Part shown: piece by piece, positions 50,241 through 63,369 of the stretch
Layout: each line of letters opens with the position of its first letter
Numbering within the stretch: position 1 is the stretch's first letter
NCBI RefSeq assembly: GCF_036321535.1
Contig: NC_087436.1
Location: 108,502,001-108,566,000 of the forward strand
Direction of reading: 5' to 3'
Length of the DNA stretch: 64,000 bases
DNA from: Camelus dromedarius
Taxonomy: Eukaryota
Program-made: the position numbers and the translations under genes
Notes under the pieces: generated by a model
What the model saw: the letters and a program-made list of their open reading frames with translations, nothing else
Database searches by the model: none
What the model was told of the DNA's origin: nothing

Positions 50241-50629
50241 GCTAAAACTACTTTCAGGGTTAAGGGAAGTGAACCAAAGTAAGCAGAAAGTCAGAAGCTT
50301 CACTGAAAGGACAGAGGATGATGGAGCAAGGCCTGATGGAAGAGCAAGTGGAATGGGTAAACCTTGTCCTGAGAAATGGGCCTTTTAAAGGATCTAGGCT
50401 CTACTTCCTCTAAGATCGAAAGGAAGAGAGAAAGACGGTAGAAGACACAGGAGTTTGGTGTTAGAAGAGGAGAAGTAGAGGGAGTCCTCTTCTGATAATC
50501 CGTCTTTCCGGTAGCACAGGAGATGTAGTCATCTGATGAGACTGAGAACTTAGAACGCAGTTAAAGGCCTGAGGAGATAGACTTTTACCGTAATGCACTT
50601 TTAAGGGAAAGCAAGCAAAGTAGTATGAA

Positions 50630-50830
50630 TACTAACACTTCTGAATGCCAATCACATGCCGGGAATGAGGCTCAGACTTTAATTGTATTATGTTATTTAA
50701 TTCCCTCACCAAGCCCCCCAAACAGGACTACAAATTAAGAAATTAAGCTCATGGAGCTTGAGGAACTGTTAAGGACACGTGGTTACTATAGCTGGAACTA
50801 AACTTAGATCTGTAAATCCGCAGCCTTCAT
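50630..50830 (-). mobile_element. MIR
   Basis: ttatttaattccctcaccaagccc...agaaattaagctc. Confidence 0.6.
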
Positions 50831-52542
50831 ATGAACTCCAGTAGTAATAATGGAACTGGCACCAGATGAAGCTAGGTGACACCTGGATGCACTATCATCA
50901 AGTCTGAAAAACACCGCTTTGGAAAAGAAGTGAAACGGAAACAATAAAATCTCTATTCTGTCACATTTATGTTTTTCAACTAGAGAAAAAGGTATAAGAA
51001 CTTACATTGACTTTCACGCATATTTTCTAACTTACAATTGCATATATAATCAAGAGTAAGTCTTGAAACTGCCTTATGCCCTTTGGATCCCCCAGACTAA
51101 CCACTTTCATTAAGAGGTGGGACCTTATTTCTGAGGCAGATAATTAAAATATGTTGTAATGAAGATGGAAATGATAGTATCTTATACTAAGTAAGTCCAC
51201 AGGGATTTGTAGCTGAACTAAGTTGAGGCTTTAATAGTGAAAAGATGTTTTTGATAAACCTACCAGGGGCATGCTAATAGATAGGGCTTGTTCAAGCTAA
51301 GGTTAACGCTTGAATGCTGAATTTAATTTGGAAAAATATAATAGCTTGTGGAAAGTGGCAAAATAATTGGAAACTTTGTTTAAAGTTTGCTTTTTATATG
51401 TGCTGTAATGTTAATGCAGCAAGTAATTTTTAAATATTCACTGATGCATTTAATATCCATGTTTTAACCCTTAATATGTGCAAGGTGCATGCAAGGTGGA
51501 GGGTCAGAGAGAAAAGATACAAGCTTTTCTGCCCTTGGGAATTGCATAATCACCTGTTACCCATAATGTATGATCTAAGACATCATGCGCATACTTTATA
51601 TTTAAAGCATTCTTACTGAACTGAAATGGCAAAGAACCCAATCAGCAGTTCTACTTTTTAAAATTTAGAATTCTAGGAGTGCTTTGGCGTAGTGCTCTTA
51701 GAATGGAAGAAATTTCTTATACTAGATTGTATTCTTGTGAGGTCAAGGGCCACTTTATTTTTACTCCACTGAAATGCCTAAGCAATGTCTGCTTACAGTA
51801 GGCACTCAATAACTTGAATAATTAAGTTAATTGCACCAGTTATCCTGATCTGGAGATCTGGAATTCTCACTACTGAAGTGATTTTTTTAATGGATTTGGA
51901 AATTATGTCCAAAGTTAGAGCCTGTCAAAATGCAAATATGTATTATCTTGAGAGTATCTACTCACTGGATACCTGTTTCCAGCAACAGTATTGTATTAGC
52001 ATATGAGATAGCTGACGTTTTGAAAGCAGACCCTGAGGGAAGGAGAGAAGTGCTGTATATGTTTTCGTAGCCTAGGATGGGGTTTGAAGTTTGGAAAGAG
52101 CCTCAAAATATTAGAATTAAAAAATCCCATAAAAATGTCAGAATGCAATAGTTACATTTTCTTCAGCTGCAACAGTACCTATTTCTTTGTAATGAAGTCA
52201 GAACCTGACCCCAGTTAATTTTACTTATTAAATATAGATGATCTTGGAGCCCCCATGTAGACTCCTCTTGGTCCCCTATTCCCTTGTCTATGGTGGCTTG
52301 TAGGGGGATGCCAGATTCAGCTATGAAGCCAGGAATGTAGTCCAACTTTCTCACTTTTCAGAAGTAAAAAAATCAAAGCCATCTGAATTAAATTATGCTT
52401 GCAGGATAATACCCTTCTAAGGGTAAGAATTCAGGCTACCATCTTGTACTTAAATCCCCTCTCAAGTCCATATGAAAGGAGCACAAATGATCTGACACAT
52501 AATCTCAGCTTTGCCTTGTCTAATTGGGTAACTTTGGGCCAG

Positions 52543-53035
52543 TGTAAAAGAAAAATTTCACTGGACAAATTTAACAGGCAAGGAAAGCTTTATTCAAGAG
52601 TATTGCAACCAGAGTCAAGACTACTGCAATAGAGAAGAGAGATTAAACTCAACTCCTCTGCGATAAAAGGTGAGAGGATTTTTAAATGTTGGAGTGAGCT
52701 AATGGAGAAGTACTGGAGCATTAGGGGGAGTGGTTGGTCAATGTTATTAGGGCCATCTGTGTCTGGTGATTGTTGCTTCTGGAAGTCAGGCTCCTACTCT
52801 CCCCAGGGATTGGAAATAGAAGGCCTATCTCTGTTGATGATTACATTTCAGATGAAACATAATCAGGTTCTTGAGAAAGACATTTCTAGGTTATAGAAGA
52901 TTTACATCTCAAAGAGGCATAGAAAAAATTTACAATCTTAAGGTTTGTAAAGTACTTGCTCTAAGAAAAGGGAGGTCAGGAGCCTGGGGTCAGGAATAAA
53001 CTTGCCTGAAGCTTAGTACAGCTGAGGGAATGCTC
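52543..53035 (-). mobile_element. MER31-like ERV1 LTR inserted into a MIR
   Basis: caggttcttgagaaagacatt...aatttacaa...gctctaagaaaagggaggtcagg...gctgagggaa; MIR halves at ~52480-52542 and ~53036-53160. Confidence 0.75.
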
Positions 53036-53269
53036 ATTGTCCCTATCTTTCAAGAGGAGGTTAACAAAATTATATCTTCAGGAAATTTCTGAAAATTACG
53101 TGCATTAATATTACTAATGCATTTTTATGCATAGCACTTATCATGTAAACATCAAATGCTGGAAAGCTGATGAAAGCTTATCAGATGAGACCAGTTTTGG
53201 TTAAAGGAGTAAGTAAAATAAAGGGTAAAACTGATCATTTCTCATGCATAACAAATCACTAATAAATGT

Positions 53270-53420
53270 CAAGTACTGACATTATTTCTAATCTTGCAGA
53301 GAATCAAATTGTGTCTCAGACAGTCTAAATCTTTAGTCCAAGGTCACACATCAGGAGCGGTAGAGCTGTGATTTAACCGCAGGACTGTCTAACCTCCAAG
53401 CCTTTGATTTTCCTAAAATA
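53270..53420 (-). mobile_element. MIR
   Basis: gtccaaggtcacacatcagg...gatttaaccgcaggactgtctaac. Confidence 0.7.
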
Positions 53421-54499
53421 GCAAACTTCTTCTCAGAAACTTCATCATGCCTAAGGCCAAAGAAGACACACCTGTATAGTCACCCTGTCCATAAAACAGA
53501 GAGGTTAGCCTTTCCATTATTTTGTGCCCAAGTTTGTTGACTGTGTGTGTGTTAAAAAGAGAAGCAAAAGTTGAGTGGACCTATTGACTGGACAATAGAG
53601 CCATTCAACTAACAGCCAACTAAGAGTTACAAGGGGGCAATCTGACATTTTCTGGGACAGGCCATGTGAGCACTTAAGGACTCAGTGACCCATTAAGCAG
53701 AAGGCAGCCGCCGACCTTTTTTTTCCCTGCCTTTTATACTTGGCATTAGCAGAAAATGAGTGGAGTGTACAGAGACAAGAAAAGCTCTTTGTCATAAGCA
53801 AGAACTTTTACCTCCTTGGGCGCAGCTGGGCAAGAAATATTCGATGAGAAACCACATACAAAATAGAAGTCTTTCTTCTTTGTTCAGATTGCAGCATTGT
53901 GAGTTTCTTTTCTCTCCTACTCTGCTTATCAATTCGAAGAAAGTCCAGTCACAGTTCTGCTGGAGATACGATTTAGGAAATGAACTCACCCAGCTGAGGT
54001 CAGCAGCTCTCTGCACATAGTACTGGACCTACTGTCACATGCTTGGGTTTTAAGCTACATTCACTAAGAGGCTATAATCATGGACAAAACAGTTTTTTTC
54101 TTTGAGCTTCAGTTTTCCTCCTCCATAGAAGGATGTGAACTAAATCATTCCTAAAATTGATTTCTTATTGTCTTGTCGTTAGAATTCTAGAAAGCTGTCC
54201 AAATGATGTTTCTTCCCAAGGGCCTTTTGGGATCATCCCAGAGAAGAGAGCCTTCCTTCTCTGAACTTCCATCGTTGCTGACTGTTTGCACCACTCAGAT
54301 ACACAGTCCTGTTCTTTGTTTGTGTGGGAGACAACCTCGAGTGGTGTAACAACAGCCAGAGACAGTCAGATCTACGCCTATATGCCCAGTATGCTGCTTG
54401 CTACACGTGCGATGTGGAATAGAGGATCTAACCTCTGAGCCACACTCTCCTCCTCATCTGTAAAATGGAGGCACAGTGGATATGTTCCAAGTGTGGTTT

Positions 54500-54998
54500 T
54501 ATTTTTTTTTTCTTGCCTAGAACTTTTAAAAATACCTTTCCTGTAATTGGAGAATCCCCGTCTTATGAGGATCCCTCTCCAAATTTAAACTACACACTCA
54601 CTTTTCAGCTTCCCTTGCAGCTAGGGCTCAGACATCTGACCTAATCCTCCGTCAATCGTGCACCATCACAAGACTTTGATTTGAATGTGAGGAAACAGGT
54701 GCCGCTAAGAATGCACTTCTGTCGAGGGTGATGGTAGAGTCACTCAGGCTCCAAGGAGGGATGTGCTGGGTATTTAGGTGGCCAGCGTTAGCTGTGCAAG
54801 TCTCCATGCTGCTCCCGGCAGCAGTCCTGGGGGTGCGGTCGGGCACTGAATCGGAGTCACCCAAGAGTCACTCAAGAATGGTGCTACCACTCTCTCAGTA
54901 ATACTCAGAGCTAATGAATATCCTTTTATGAAATCTGTTTTTGCTCTAACTCACTACAAGTGGAGTCTGTATTTACAACTGGAACCACTGAGTGTTAC
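54500..54998 (+). mobile_element. LTR33-like ERVL LTR inserted into a MIR
   Basis: ttcagcttcccttgcagctaggg...gactttgatttgaa...aatatcctttta; MIR halves at ~54340-54480 and ~55000-55100. Confidence 0.7.
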
Positions 54999-55099
54999 CT
55001 GTGAGTAAGCTCACCTACGGTGTGAAGTCAGTTTGAGGATTAAACGAGGTCAAAAATGCACTGAATCCAATACCTGGAACAGAGCAGGGTTTTATAAAT

Positions 55100-55875
55100 G
55101 GTATTGTGTTTTATTATCTTTGCACATTCAATCTCCTTAAGTAAATGGAGAGCTTCTTGAAGACCAATATGTATGTGATACCAGGACACCATGTTGAGTG
55201 CTTACAGGGCTTCAAAGAAGCATTCATAATTATCTTTCCTATAAAGGCATTACATCCCAGTAGGAGAGGCAATAGAATATGTGCTCATGTGTTAGATTTT
55301 CTGCATTCTGAGCCTATCTTTTGCAGCTCTGAGATCTCCCACTAATTTTGCAATGCAAGGCAATCCTCCAACTGTGTTATGTTTCTCTGTAAAATAACAT
55401 ATTAGTTCCTACCTTATATAGTTAATGTGAATATTAAATAAATTAATTCAATTAAAACATTCTGAGTAGAGCCTGGTACATAGTAAGTTATCACTAGATG
55501 TTGGCTCTTAGGAAATTTAGATAGCTATTCTAAATTAAGTTATATTGATTCAATGATCAGAGTTTGCAGGGCATACGTTCCCAGTTGCCCAAAGAAAGGA
55601 GAAAAGCTCTTGTAGAAATGTCAGCTCGCTACCAGTATTCGGAATCTTGGAAGAGCCACCATTAACTGAGCAGATACTGAGAGCCAAGTGCTCTAAGCCC
55701 CTCTGCGTGCATTATCACATTTATTCTGCCCGGGAAGCATGGAGCTAATGATGACTGTCCCTACTCTACAAATAAGCAATTGTTTGGTGACCTGGCAAAG
55801 GGCCCCAAGCTAGAAGAAGGGTCAGGCTCAAGTCCAGACTTTCTGACCCTAAATCCGTGTTCTTAATCCCTACCC
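55100..55875. mobile_element. L2 tail plus two MIRs
   Basis: tctctgtaaaat...agcctggtacatagtaag; gtgacctggcaaagggccc. Confidence 0.65.
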
Positions 55876-58483
55876 TTTTTTGTGCAATTTTGTGAGTCCT
55901 GGATTCTCCTGACCCGGTGATTCTGCATGACTTTTGATCTTCTCAACTCTTCAAAAAATGCATTCAGCTTTTATATAGTATGTGGACACATCTTCATGCC
56001 AATTACAAGTATGATGGTTTAAAAACTGCCCACTAAGGACTGATGCTTGGCTGTAGCTGCCCAAGAGCAGCCCTACTTTGGGAACTCTTTAATGTCTCTA
56101 GCAAGGAGAAGGAATCCTTTGTCAGTACAGGGCACTGTTTTGTTCTGCAAAATTTGCTCTTATTGAGTCTACATAGGTGACTGTGTAGGGGCTTGTTAAC
56201 AGTTGTTTTAGGAAAACGTTGTTCACTATTTCGTACTAGATAAGACTCCTTTATCCCAATGATTTAGATAAATTCACTTTGCAGTGGTTGCAGTTGGATT
56301 TGGCCACCTGAAAGCATAATTAGAAGTTTGCAAAAAGAATCAATAAAGAAAACGGAAGCATTTGTGTAGATTTATTTGTAACTCAAACCTGGACCAGTTG
56401 ACACCTTACTTATTGAGGGCAATTGAACTGAAAAATATTGCCATCCTCAGGATTACAAGTTAAAGCTCAGGAAAGAAAAATAGTTGGCATATTAAGGCAA
56501 AGCTTGTTTCTACCTCATAAGCCATTTTTCCACTTAAAAATTAAGTCTACTCTTGGTTAAATACAGCTGTTGGAGGTTTAGGAAATATCTGACCATGAAT
56601 TAAAGATTAGAAATATGACTCAAACTTTTATATCCATAAAAGGAGAGATTTACCTTTTACATGTGGAAAATGTATTTCAGCTGATACATAAGCCATAGAC
56701 GCATTATAAACATTATAAATATATTTTAAAGTTAATTTTGGTGTTTTGTTTTCCACATGTCCAATAAAATTCTGGCAATTAAATTTAAAACACACAACTA
56801 CAATATATACCACGTATCATCTGCAGTTAAGTTCAGGTTCCACTAGGTCCAAACTACATTTATTAGTGTTGATTTTTGTGGCCTCTTTATTCTTTGAAAC
56901 CGATGATCTTCCTTTCCCCTGCTCCTACTCTGCCTCAATCCCAGGGATTAATGTTTTAAAATTAAAATATAAAAAAATTCATATTTGAGTAAAAAAGCTT
57001 TTATGTCTATTAACAGTCCCAAGTGTGATATTTTTAATATTTATCTAAATTTTCCAGAGAGGTTTGGGGGCTTGAACTAGTGGCTGACCACACATGCAAA
57101 ATTTCTTCAAAGACTTCTGTTAGAAACCCAAGCCAACTATGCACTCTGATCCATAGTATACTTATGGTTATATTTATTAAAAATAAAACAAAACCTATTC
57201 TTCATCCTGCCAAAAATAGCTTGATAAAATTGATGCTAAAGAAAGATCTACCATATTTAACGTATGATTTTAAGTTTCTTCACACAGAACTCCATGAATG
57301 GGGGAGTCAGGGCAATTTACAAAAATAAGTCTCAGTGGTAAAGCTCTACTAAATATAATTTGATATTTCCTTGAAGATACTTTTAATTTCAAGATTCCTT
57401 CTTTTCCTACATTCTGTTTATTTGAACCCCTAGTCACTTAGACTCTGAATATATAGAAAAAATTCCATTTCTCTCTGTGGAAGTAAGGTAGGGGTGTTCC
57501 TCCCTGCTATGTGGGGGATGCTTGCAGGCATCATAGCACAGGCCTAACAGGGGTCTAATTGCTTAAGAGAACCAGGGTTCTTCCCGAAAATAACTTTTAA
57601 AGTAAGAAAGTGTAGAGATGTCCAAAAGACTTTGAATCTAAAAAATCAGGGCCAGAGGATGAGAGAGTGTTTGAGTATCACGTGGGGCCAGCCGCTCTGG
57701 TCTTTCAGTTTAGAACTAAGTTCATATATCTTAGGACTATGGAGAGAGGACTGCACTGAAAAAGCAAATATAAAATCTAACACCACAAAAATAAATAGAA
57801 CCAAACAAAAAACTTCTTAGTCTGTGCCCAAATTTGGTAGCATTGAGCCTGCATTTATTCAAAGAGACTTTTTTTTCCCTACTATTTTGCCAACAAACCA
57901 TCTGGTGTAGAGTTTAATAACATCATTCAAAGTGCTTAAGCAATCATCTCTGGAGTTCTAATTCCTGGTTAGAGTGCCGTGTGTGTTCTAAGCTGTAGGT
58001 ATAGGCTGACTTGACACACTCATACATCAGCTTTAAGTAAAGAAGGTTTTTTACATAAATTTACCTGTGTGTCCAACATTCCTGATGCTGTAGGCAAAAC
58101 AGAAGTGGTTTAGCTGTATTTTATGACTGTCAGCAGCTCTAATAACAGTCATAGTTGAAAGAGAGACTGAGCAAAGAGTAGGAAGCCATCAGGTGTTTCT
58201 CAGCAGCTAAGATGATTGTATTTGTGAACATACATGACATACACCAGAAAACTCGCAGGATACTTGCAAGTCACGTTTAAAAGAGGTGGTGTAGATATCC
58301 TGCCAGAGACAATGAGGGCCAAGGCAGATATGCTGTTTGATAATTCTTGTCTTGACCCCACTGTCCTTTTTCAGGATAATGTGGTCTTGAGATATAATGT
58401 TTACAAATACAAAATTACTAATTGTGTTGGAACTAGGGATGTAGATAATGGGAACTCCATAAACACTGTTATCGTGTCTCTCT

Positions 58484-58650
58484 TTTTTTTTTTTTTATTC
58501 TTTACGTTCTTTTTTTCTTTTTTTTTTACATTTTTATTGAGTTATAGTCATTTTACAATGTTGTGTCAAATTCCAATGTAAAGCACAATTTTTCAGTTAT
58601 ACATGAACATGCATATATTCATTGTTGCATTCTTTTTTTTCACTGTGAGC
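58484..58650 (-). mobile_element. Young L1 3' end stub
   Basis: T-rich tail, then tttattgagttatagtcattttacaatgttgtgtcaaattcc...ctgtgagc. Confidence 0.9.
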
Positions 58651-59051
58651 TGTTATCTTCTTAATCTAAGAAGTTGTTTGATTATTCTTTGAGAATGTTG
58701 GAAAATAAGCCTCCATCTACCTTAAGATAATAGGTCTCTGGATGGAGAAGAAAAATCAATTAAGATGACTTCTAAAACTGTCTTTCCTCTATTTGCATAT
58801 CCATTTCTGGAGGCTCTCTAGCCTGGGAGTAGAGACCCAGGGTGCCTTTGCACAGAGTCTTTTCTAGGTATGGGCACCTCTCTCTGGTGTACCTGAGGCC
58901 GAGGGCCCACCACAGCCATCATGGTACAGGAGGTGTGTTAGACAGAGTTCAGTACTCTTCATGGAGGGCTGCTAGGGTCAGAAAATTGATTCCCTGACAC
59001 CACCTCTAAGACTGTCTCTGTGGCCATTGTCCCCAAAGATAAAGGATTCCC

Positions 59052-59316
59052 GGAGGGTGGGAAGGGATAGACGGGATTTCAAAATTGTAGAATAAATAAA
59101 CAAGATTATACTATATAGCACAGAGAAATATACACAAGATCTTATGGTAGCTCACAGAGAAAAAAAATGTGACAATGAATATATATATGTTCATGTATAA
59201 CTGAAAAATTGTGCTCTACACTGGAATTTGACACAACATTGTAAAATGATTATAAATCAATAAAAAAATGTTAAAAAAAATATATAAATAAATAAATAAA
59301 TGGGAAAAAAAAAAAA
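59052..59316 (+). mobile_element. Young L1 3' end stub with TSD
   Basis: Same subfamily as 58484-58650; TSD aaaggattccc (59041-59051) / aaagaattccc (59317-59327). Confidence 0.92.
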
Positions 59317-59406
59317 AAAGAATTCCCAGTCAGTAACATCTCATCACCAAACATGGCTGGGATAAAGGCAATGATTAAAAGCAAACTGCTCTAATATAGG
59401 AAACTA

Positions 59407-59541
59407 GCCTACCTGCCTGCCTACCTTCTTTCCCTCCTTCCTTCCTTCCCTCCCTCCTTCCTTCCTTCTTTCCTTCCTTCCTTCCTTCCTTCCTTCTTTC
59501 CTTCCCTCCTTCCCTCCTTTCTTCCTTCCTCTTTCTTTTTC
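59407..59541. repeat. (CCTT)n polypyrimidine tract
   Basis: Direct reading. Confidence 0.95.
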
Positions 59542-60299
59542 TGATTTTTTTTTAAATTACGTTCCCCTGATCAAGCAAATGGCCAAAGACTCCCTTTAGA
59601 AGATAACCTTTATTAAAAAAAAAAAAATTTACGACCTAAAAGGCAAAGCGGTTTAAAGCAGTCCAGCTTTGTGATGATAATAGCTAGGAGTGACAGGACA
59701 CTGATTTTCTGAGGACGTTGACGTGGCTTCATCAAGGTACCAGCAGTCTTCCCCATGACCATGAATCACTGCATAATTTCCACCTAAGTGCTTTCCTATT
59801 CACAAAAGAAAATAAGTGAATGCAATTGTTGGTAAGAACTGGAAATGGCAGTTCATCATCTTTGTCATCTCAGCTTCATTGTTAAAGATGTATTTAGAAG
59901 TAAGAGGTGAACAGGAGGACTTGTACTTTGCATTCTGCACTGGAGTATAATTTGAATTTTTCTTAGTCATGAACGTATGATCAATTTATAATTTTGTAAA
60001 TAAGTGTTAAATAAAAGTGACTACTGATGGCCAGTGACTCACTAATCTTTGAGGGGCAGTAATTCTTTGAATGTCAGTGTTGGAGAAAATATCAGCAAAT
60101 AAACATTAAGCATAATCTGTTTACGTTCTCACAATTTTTTAAGAAGTGAATTTTTAGCACTGGAAAGTAGAGGGACACTCATTGTTGCCACACACCAAAG
60201 CGATCTCCAGCCCTCATGCAAATGCTGGAGTGAATGGTGGGAAGCAGGGAATTTGATGGATCTATAATATATTTAAAAAATCCTAAATGATAATTCTTT

Positions 60300-62500
60300 T
60301 TGTTTTGTATTTTTACATTAAAGAATACTGACATTCAATGAACTGAACATCTTTAAAGTGTTTAATATGATGTTTTGTTGTATGCAAATACCCATGAAAT
60401 AATTTCAGTCAAAGCGGTGAACCTATACATCCATCACTCTCAAAAGTTTCTTCGTATCTCTGTGTAATCTCTCACTCCTGGCCTCCCCACCACTTCCTGC
60501 AAGCAATCTTGGGTCTGTTTTCTATATGAACTACATTAATTCATTTTTGTAGTGTTAATTAGTAGGGGTTATACAGTGTATACTTTTTTACCTGGTTTCT
60601 TACATTCTGCATGATTATTTTGGGATTCCTTGTTGTGTGTATCAGTAGATCATTCATTTTAATGCTGAGTGGTATTCCATTGTGCAGGTATGCAACAGTT
60701 TATCCATTCACTTCTTCTTGAATATTTGAGGTTGTTCCAATTCAGGGCTATTAGGAATCATGCTGATACGAACATTTGTGCACCAGCCTTTGTACGCCTG
60801 TATGTTTTCTTTCTCCCAGGTAAATCCCTAGGAGTGGGATGGACCATATGATGGGTGTATGTTTAATCTTTTAAAAGCAATTAAACTGTTTTTCAACAGT
60901 TTTTCTAGCAGCTTATGAGAATTCTAGTTGCTCTACCTCCTCATCAACACTTGGTATGATCACAATTTAATTTTAGCCAACTTGCTAGGAGTGTAAAGGT
61001 ATCTAATTACGGTGTGAATTTGCATTTTCCTACTAACTAATGATACTGAGCAGTTTACATGTGCTAATATGCCACCTGTGTATCTCTTTGGTAAACTATC
61101 TGCTCAAAGCTTTTGCCCATTCTTTTTTTTCCCTGTATATATATATTTTTTATTGAATTATAGTCAGTTTACAATGTTGTGTCAATTTCTGGTGCACAGC
61201 ACAGTGCTTCAGTCATACATGAGCATACATATAGTCATTTTCATATTCTTTGCCCATTCTTAAAATGGGTTGTTTTATTACTACTGTTTTAAGAGTTCTT
61301 TACTTATTGTGGGTACAAGTTATTTTCCCCCTATGTATGTTTTCTAAGTATTTTCTTCTCTTAGTGTCTTTCAAAGAACAGAAGTTTTAGATTTGATGAA
61401 GTCAAACTTAACGTATTTCTTTCTATAATAGATTATGCTTTTGTTTTTATATCTAGGAAATCTTTTCCAAATCTATGATCACTAAGACTTCTTCTAGAAA
61501 TTTTATAGTTTTAGATTTTACCTTGAAATCTATGACCCATTTTGAGGTAATTTTTGTATATCGTGTGGGGTAAGGATTGAAGGTATTGTTTTTCTTATGG
61601 ATATCTCATTGTTTAGTATAATTTGTCAAAAAGACTATCTTTTCTTAATTGACTTGCCTGCAGTGTTATTAAAAATCAATTTTCCACTTATTTGGTGATC
61701 TGTTGCTATCCCATTGATCTGTGTGTGTGGTCTTACTGACATACCACACTGTATTGATGATTTTAGCTATATAGTAAGTTTTGAAATTAGGTAGTGTTAT
61801 TCCTCCAGCTTTGTTCTTTTCAAATATCCTTGGCTATTATAGATTCTTTGAATTTCCATAGGAATTTGGAATCAGCTTGTTGCTTTCTACCAGAAAATAA
61901 AAGCCTTCTGTGAATTTGATTTTGATTGTGTTGAATTTATGTCATCTTGGGGAAAATTAACCTTAGCATTATTTAGCTTTCAATTTGTGATGCTATTATA
62001 AATAATATTGTTTTATTTCAATTTCTTATTGTTTAACATCAGTATAAAGAAATGCAAGTGATTTTTATATTGATATGTTTTTGCATTACACTAAGTTGTT
62101 ATTATTTCTGTTTGCTTTTTATGCAGTTTTTTTGAGATTATTCATAGATAGTTATATTATCATTAAGTAAAGACAGGCTTACTTCTTTATTTTTAATCAT
62201 AATACCTTCCCTCCTTGTTTCCTACCTTCCTTCCTTTCTTTCTTTTCTTCTTTTTTTTTTTTTTTCTGACTGCACTGACTAGAAGCTGCACTATAATGTT
62301 GAATAGAAGAAATGAGAGCAGATATCCTTTTATTGCTGATGTTAGAAGGAAAGCATTCAGTTTTTCATCATTAAGTTGCAGTAGGTTTTTCAAAGATTCT
62401 TTTGATCAGGCTGAGGAAGTTTCCTTTTGTTCTTGTTTTCTGAGAGTCTTCATTAGGAATGGATGTTGGAGTTTTAGCAAGTGCTCTGCTCTCTCAGTAT
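60300..62500 (-). mobile_element. Long old L1M (L1MC/MD-like) fragment: 3'UTR and decayed ORF2
   Basis: Continuous antisense L1 motifs: gtattccattgt...tttatccattcac; tttgatgaagtcaaa; cttctagaaattttatagttttag; aatgttgaatagaa...aaagcattcagtttttcatcattaag. Confidence 0.9.
61125..61248 (-). mobile_element. 124-bp L1 3' stub with perfect 13-bp TSD
   Basis: tttgcccattctt at 61112-61124 and 61249-61261. Confidence 0.92.
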
Positions 62501-62509
62501 CTATTAAAA

Positions 62510-62570
62510 AATTTATATATATATATACTTATTGAAATATAGTCAGTTTACTGTGTCAATTTCTGGTGTT
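62510..62570 (-). mobile_element. Very short L1 3' stub
   Basis: tattgaaatatagtcagtttac...tgtgtcaatttctggtgt. Confidence 0.75.
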
Positions 62571-62649
62571 ATTCCATCTTTGTCAGAATTGAATTGCTAA
62601 ATGGTAATTTATTTTATTATGGACTGCTAGAAAAATATAATGAAATGCA

Positions 62650-62990
62650 ATATATTTAGTGCAAATAGGCAGATATTTTGGTCTGTTTTGTTAGTTGTTG
62701 TATTCTTAGTGTCTTAAATGGTGTCTTGCATATAATCAGCATTCAAAAATAGTTCTTGCTCAAATTAAGTAATCATCTACTCTATCCAGAGTAACTCATT
62801 AGGATTTTCATCATTATTTCTAATATTCAGAATAATCCTAAGAAGCTGATGATTTGACCTGTTGTTTGCAGAGAAAAAACTAAGGCTCACAGAGGTTCTG
62901 TGTCTTGCTGAAAGTTGTATAGATCATGTTCTGGTCCAGGTAGTTCTGAGAACTCAGTTCTTATGCTTTCCCCCCAAGTCATATTACACC
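62650..62990. mobile_element. L2 tail (+) and MIR (-)
   Basis: ggcagatattttggtctgttttg...tgtattcttagtgtct; tgcagagaaaaaactaaggctcacagagg. Confidence 0.7.
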
Positions 62991-63087
62991 ATCAATGAGA
63001 AAAACTGAGATGGCAATTATGAGTTAAACTTGGAGCAAAATATCAAATCCCAGATCATTTGATCCCTTAAAGCAAATGTTACTTTTT

Positions 63088-63201
63088 TTTAAATTTCAGG
63101 TTTTTTATTTTTTATTTTTGGTTGACGCATAGTCAGTTTACTATGTTGTGTCAGTTTCTGGCGTACAGCATAATGCTCAGTCATACACATACATACATAC
63201 A
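63088..63201 (-). mobile_element. L1 3' stub with TSD
   Basis: atagtcagtttactatgttgtgtcagtttctggcgtacagc; TSD ttacttttt at 63079-63087 and 63202-63210. Confidence 0.85.
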
Positions 63202-63369
63202 TTACTTTTTAAGTGAAATGCACGTTACCCACTAGGAATGCATATGACCATATTATCTGGCTGTGGGGCTTTGTGAACATGGACTACACACCTTAAAATG
63301 CAGCATTTTAGAATTTACTTCTAGCTTATAGAAACAATAGCACCAAATGGTCATAAAATGGGGGTGAAT

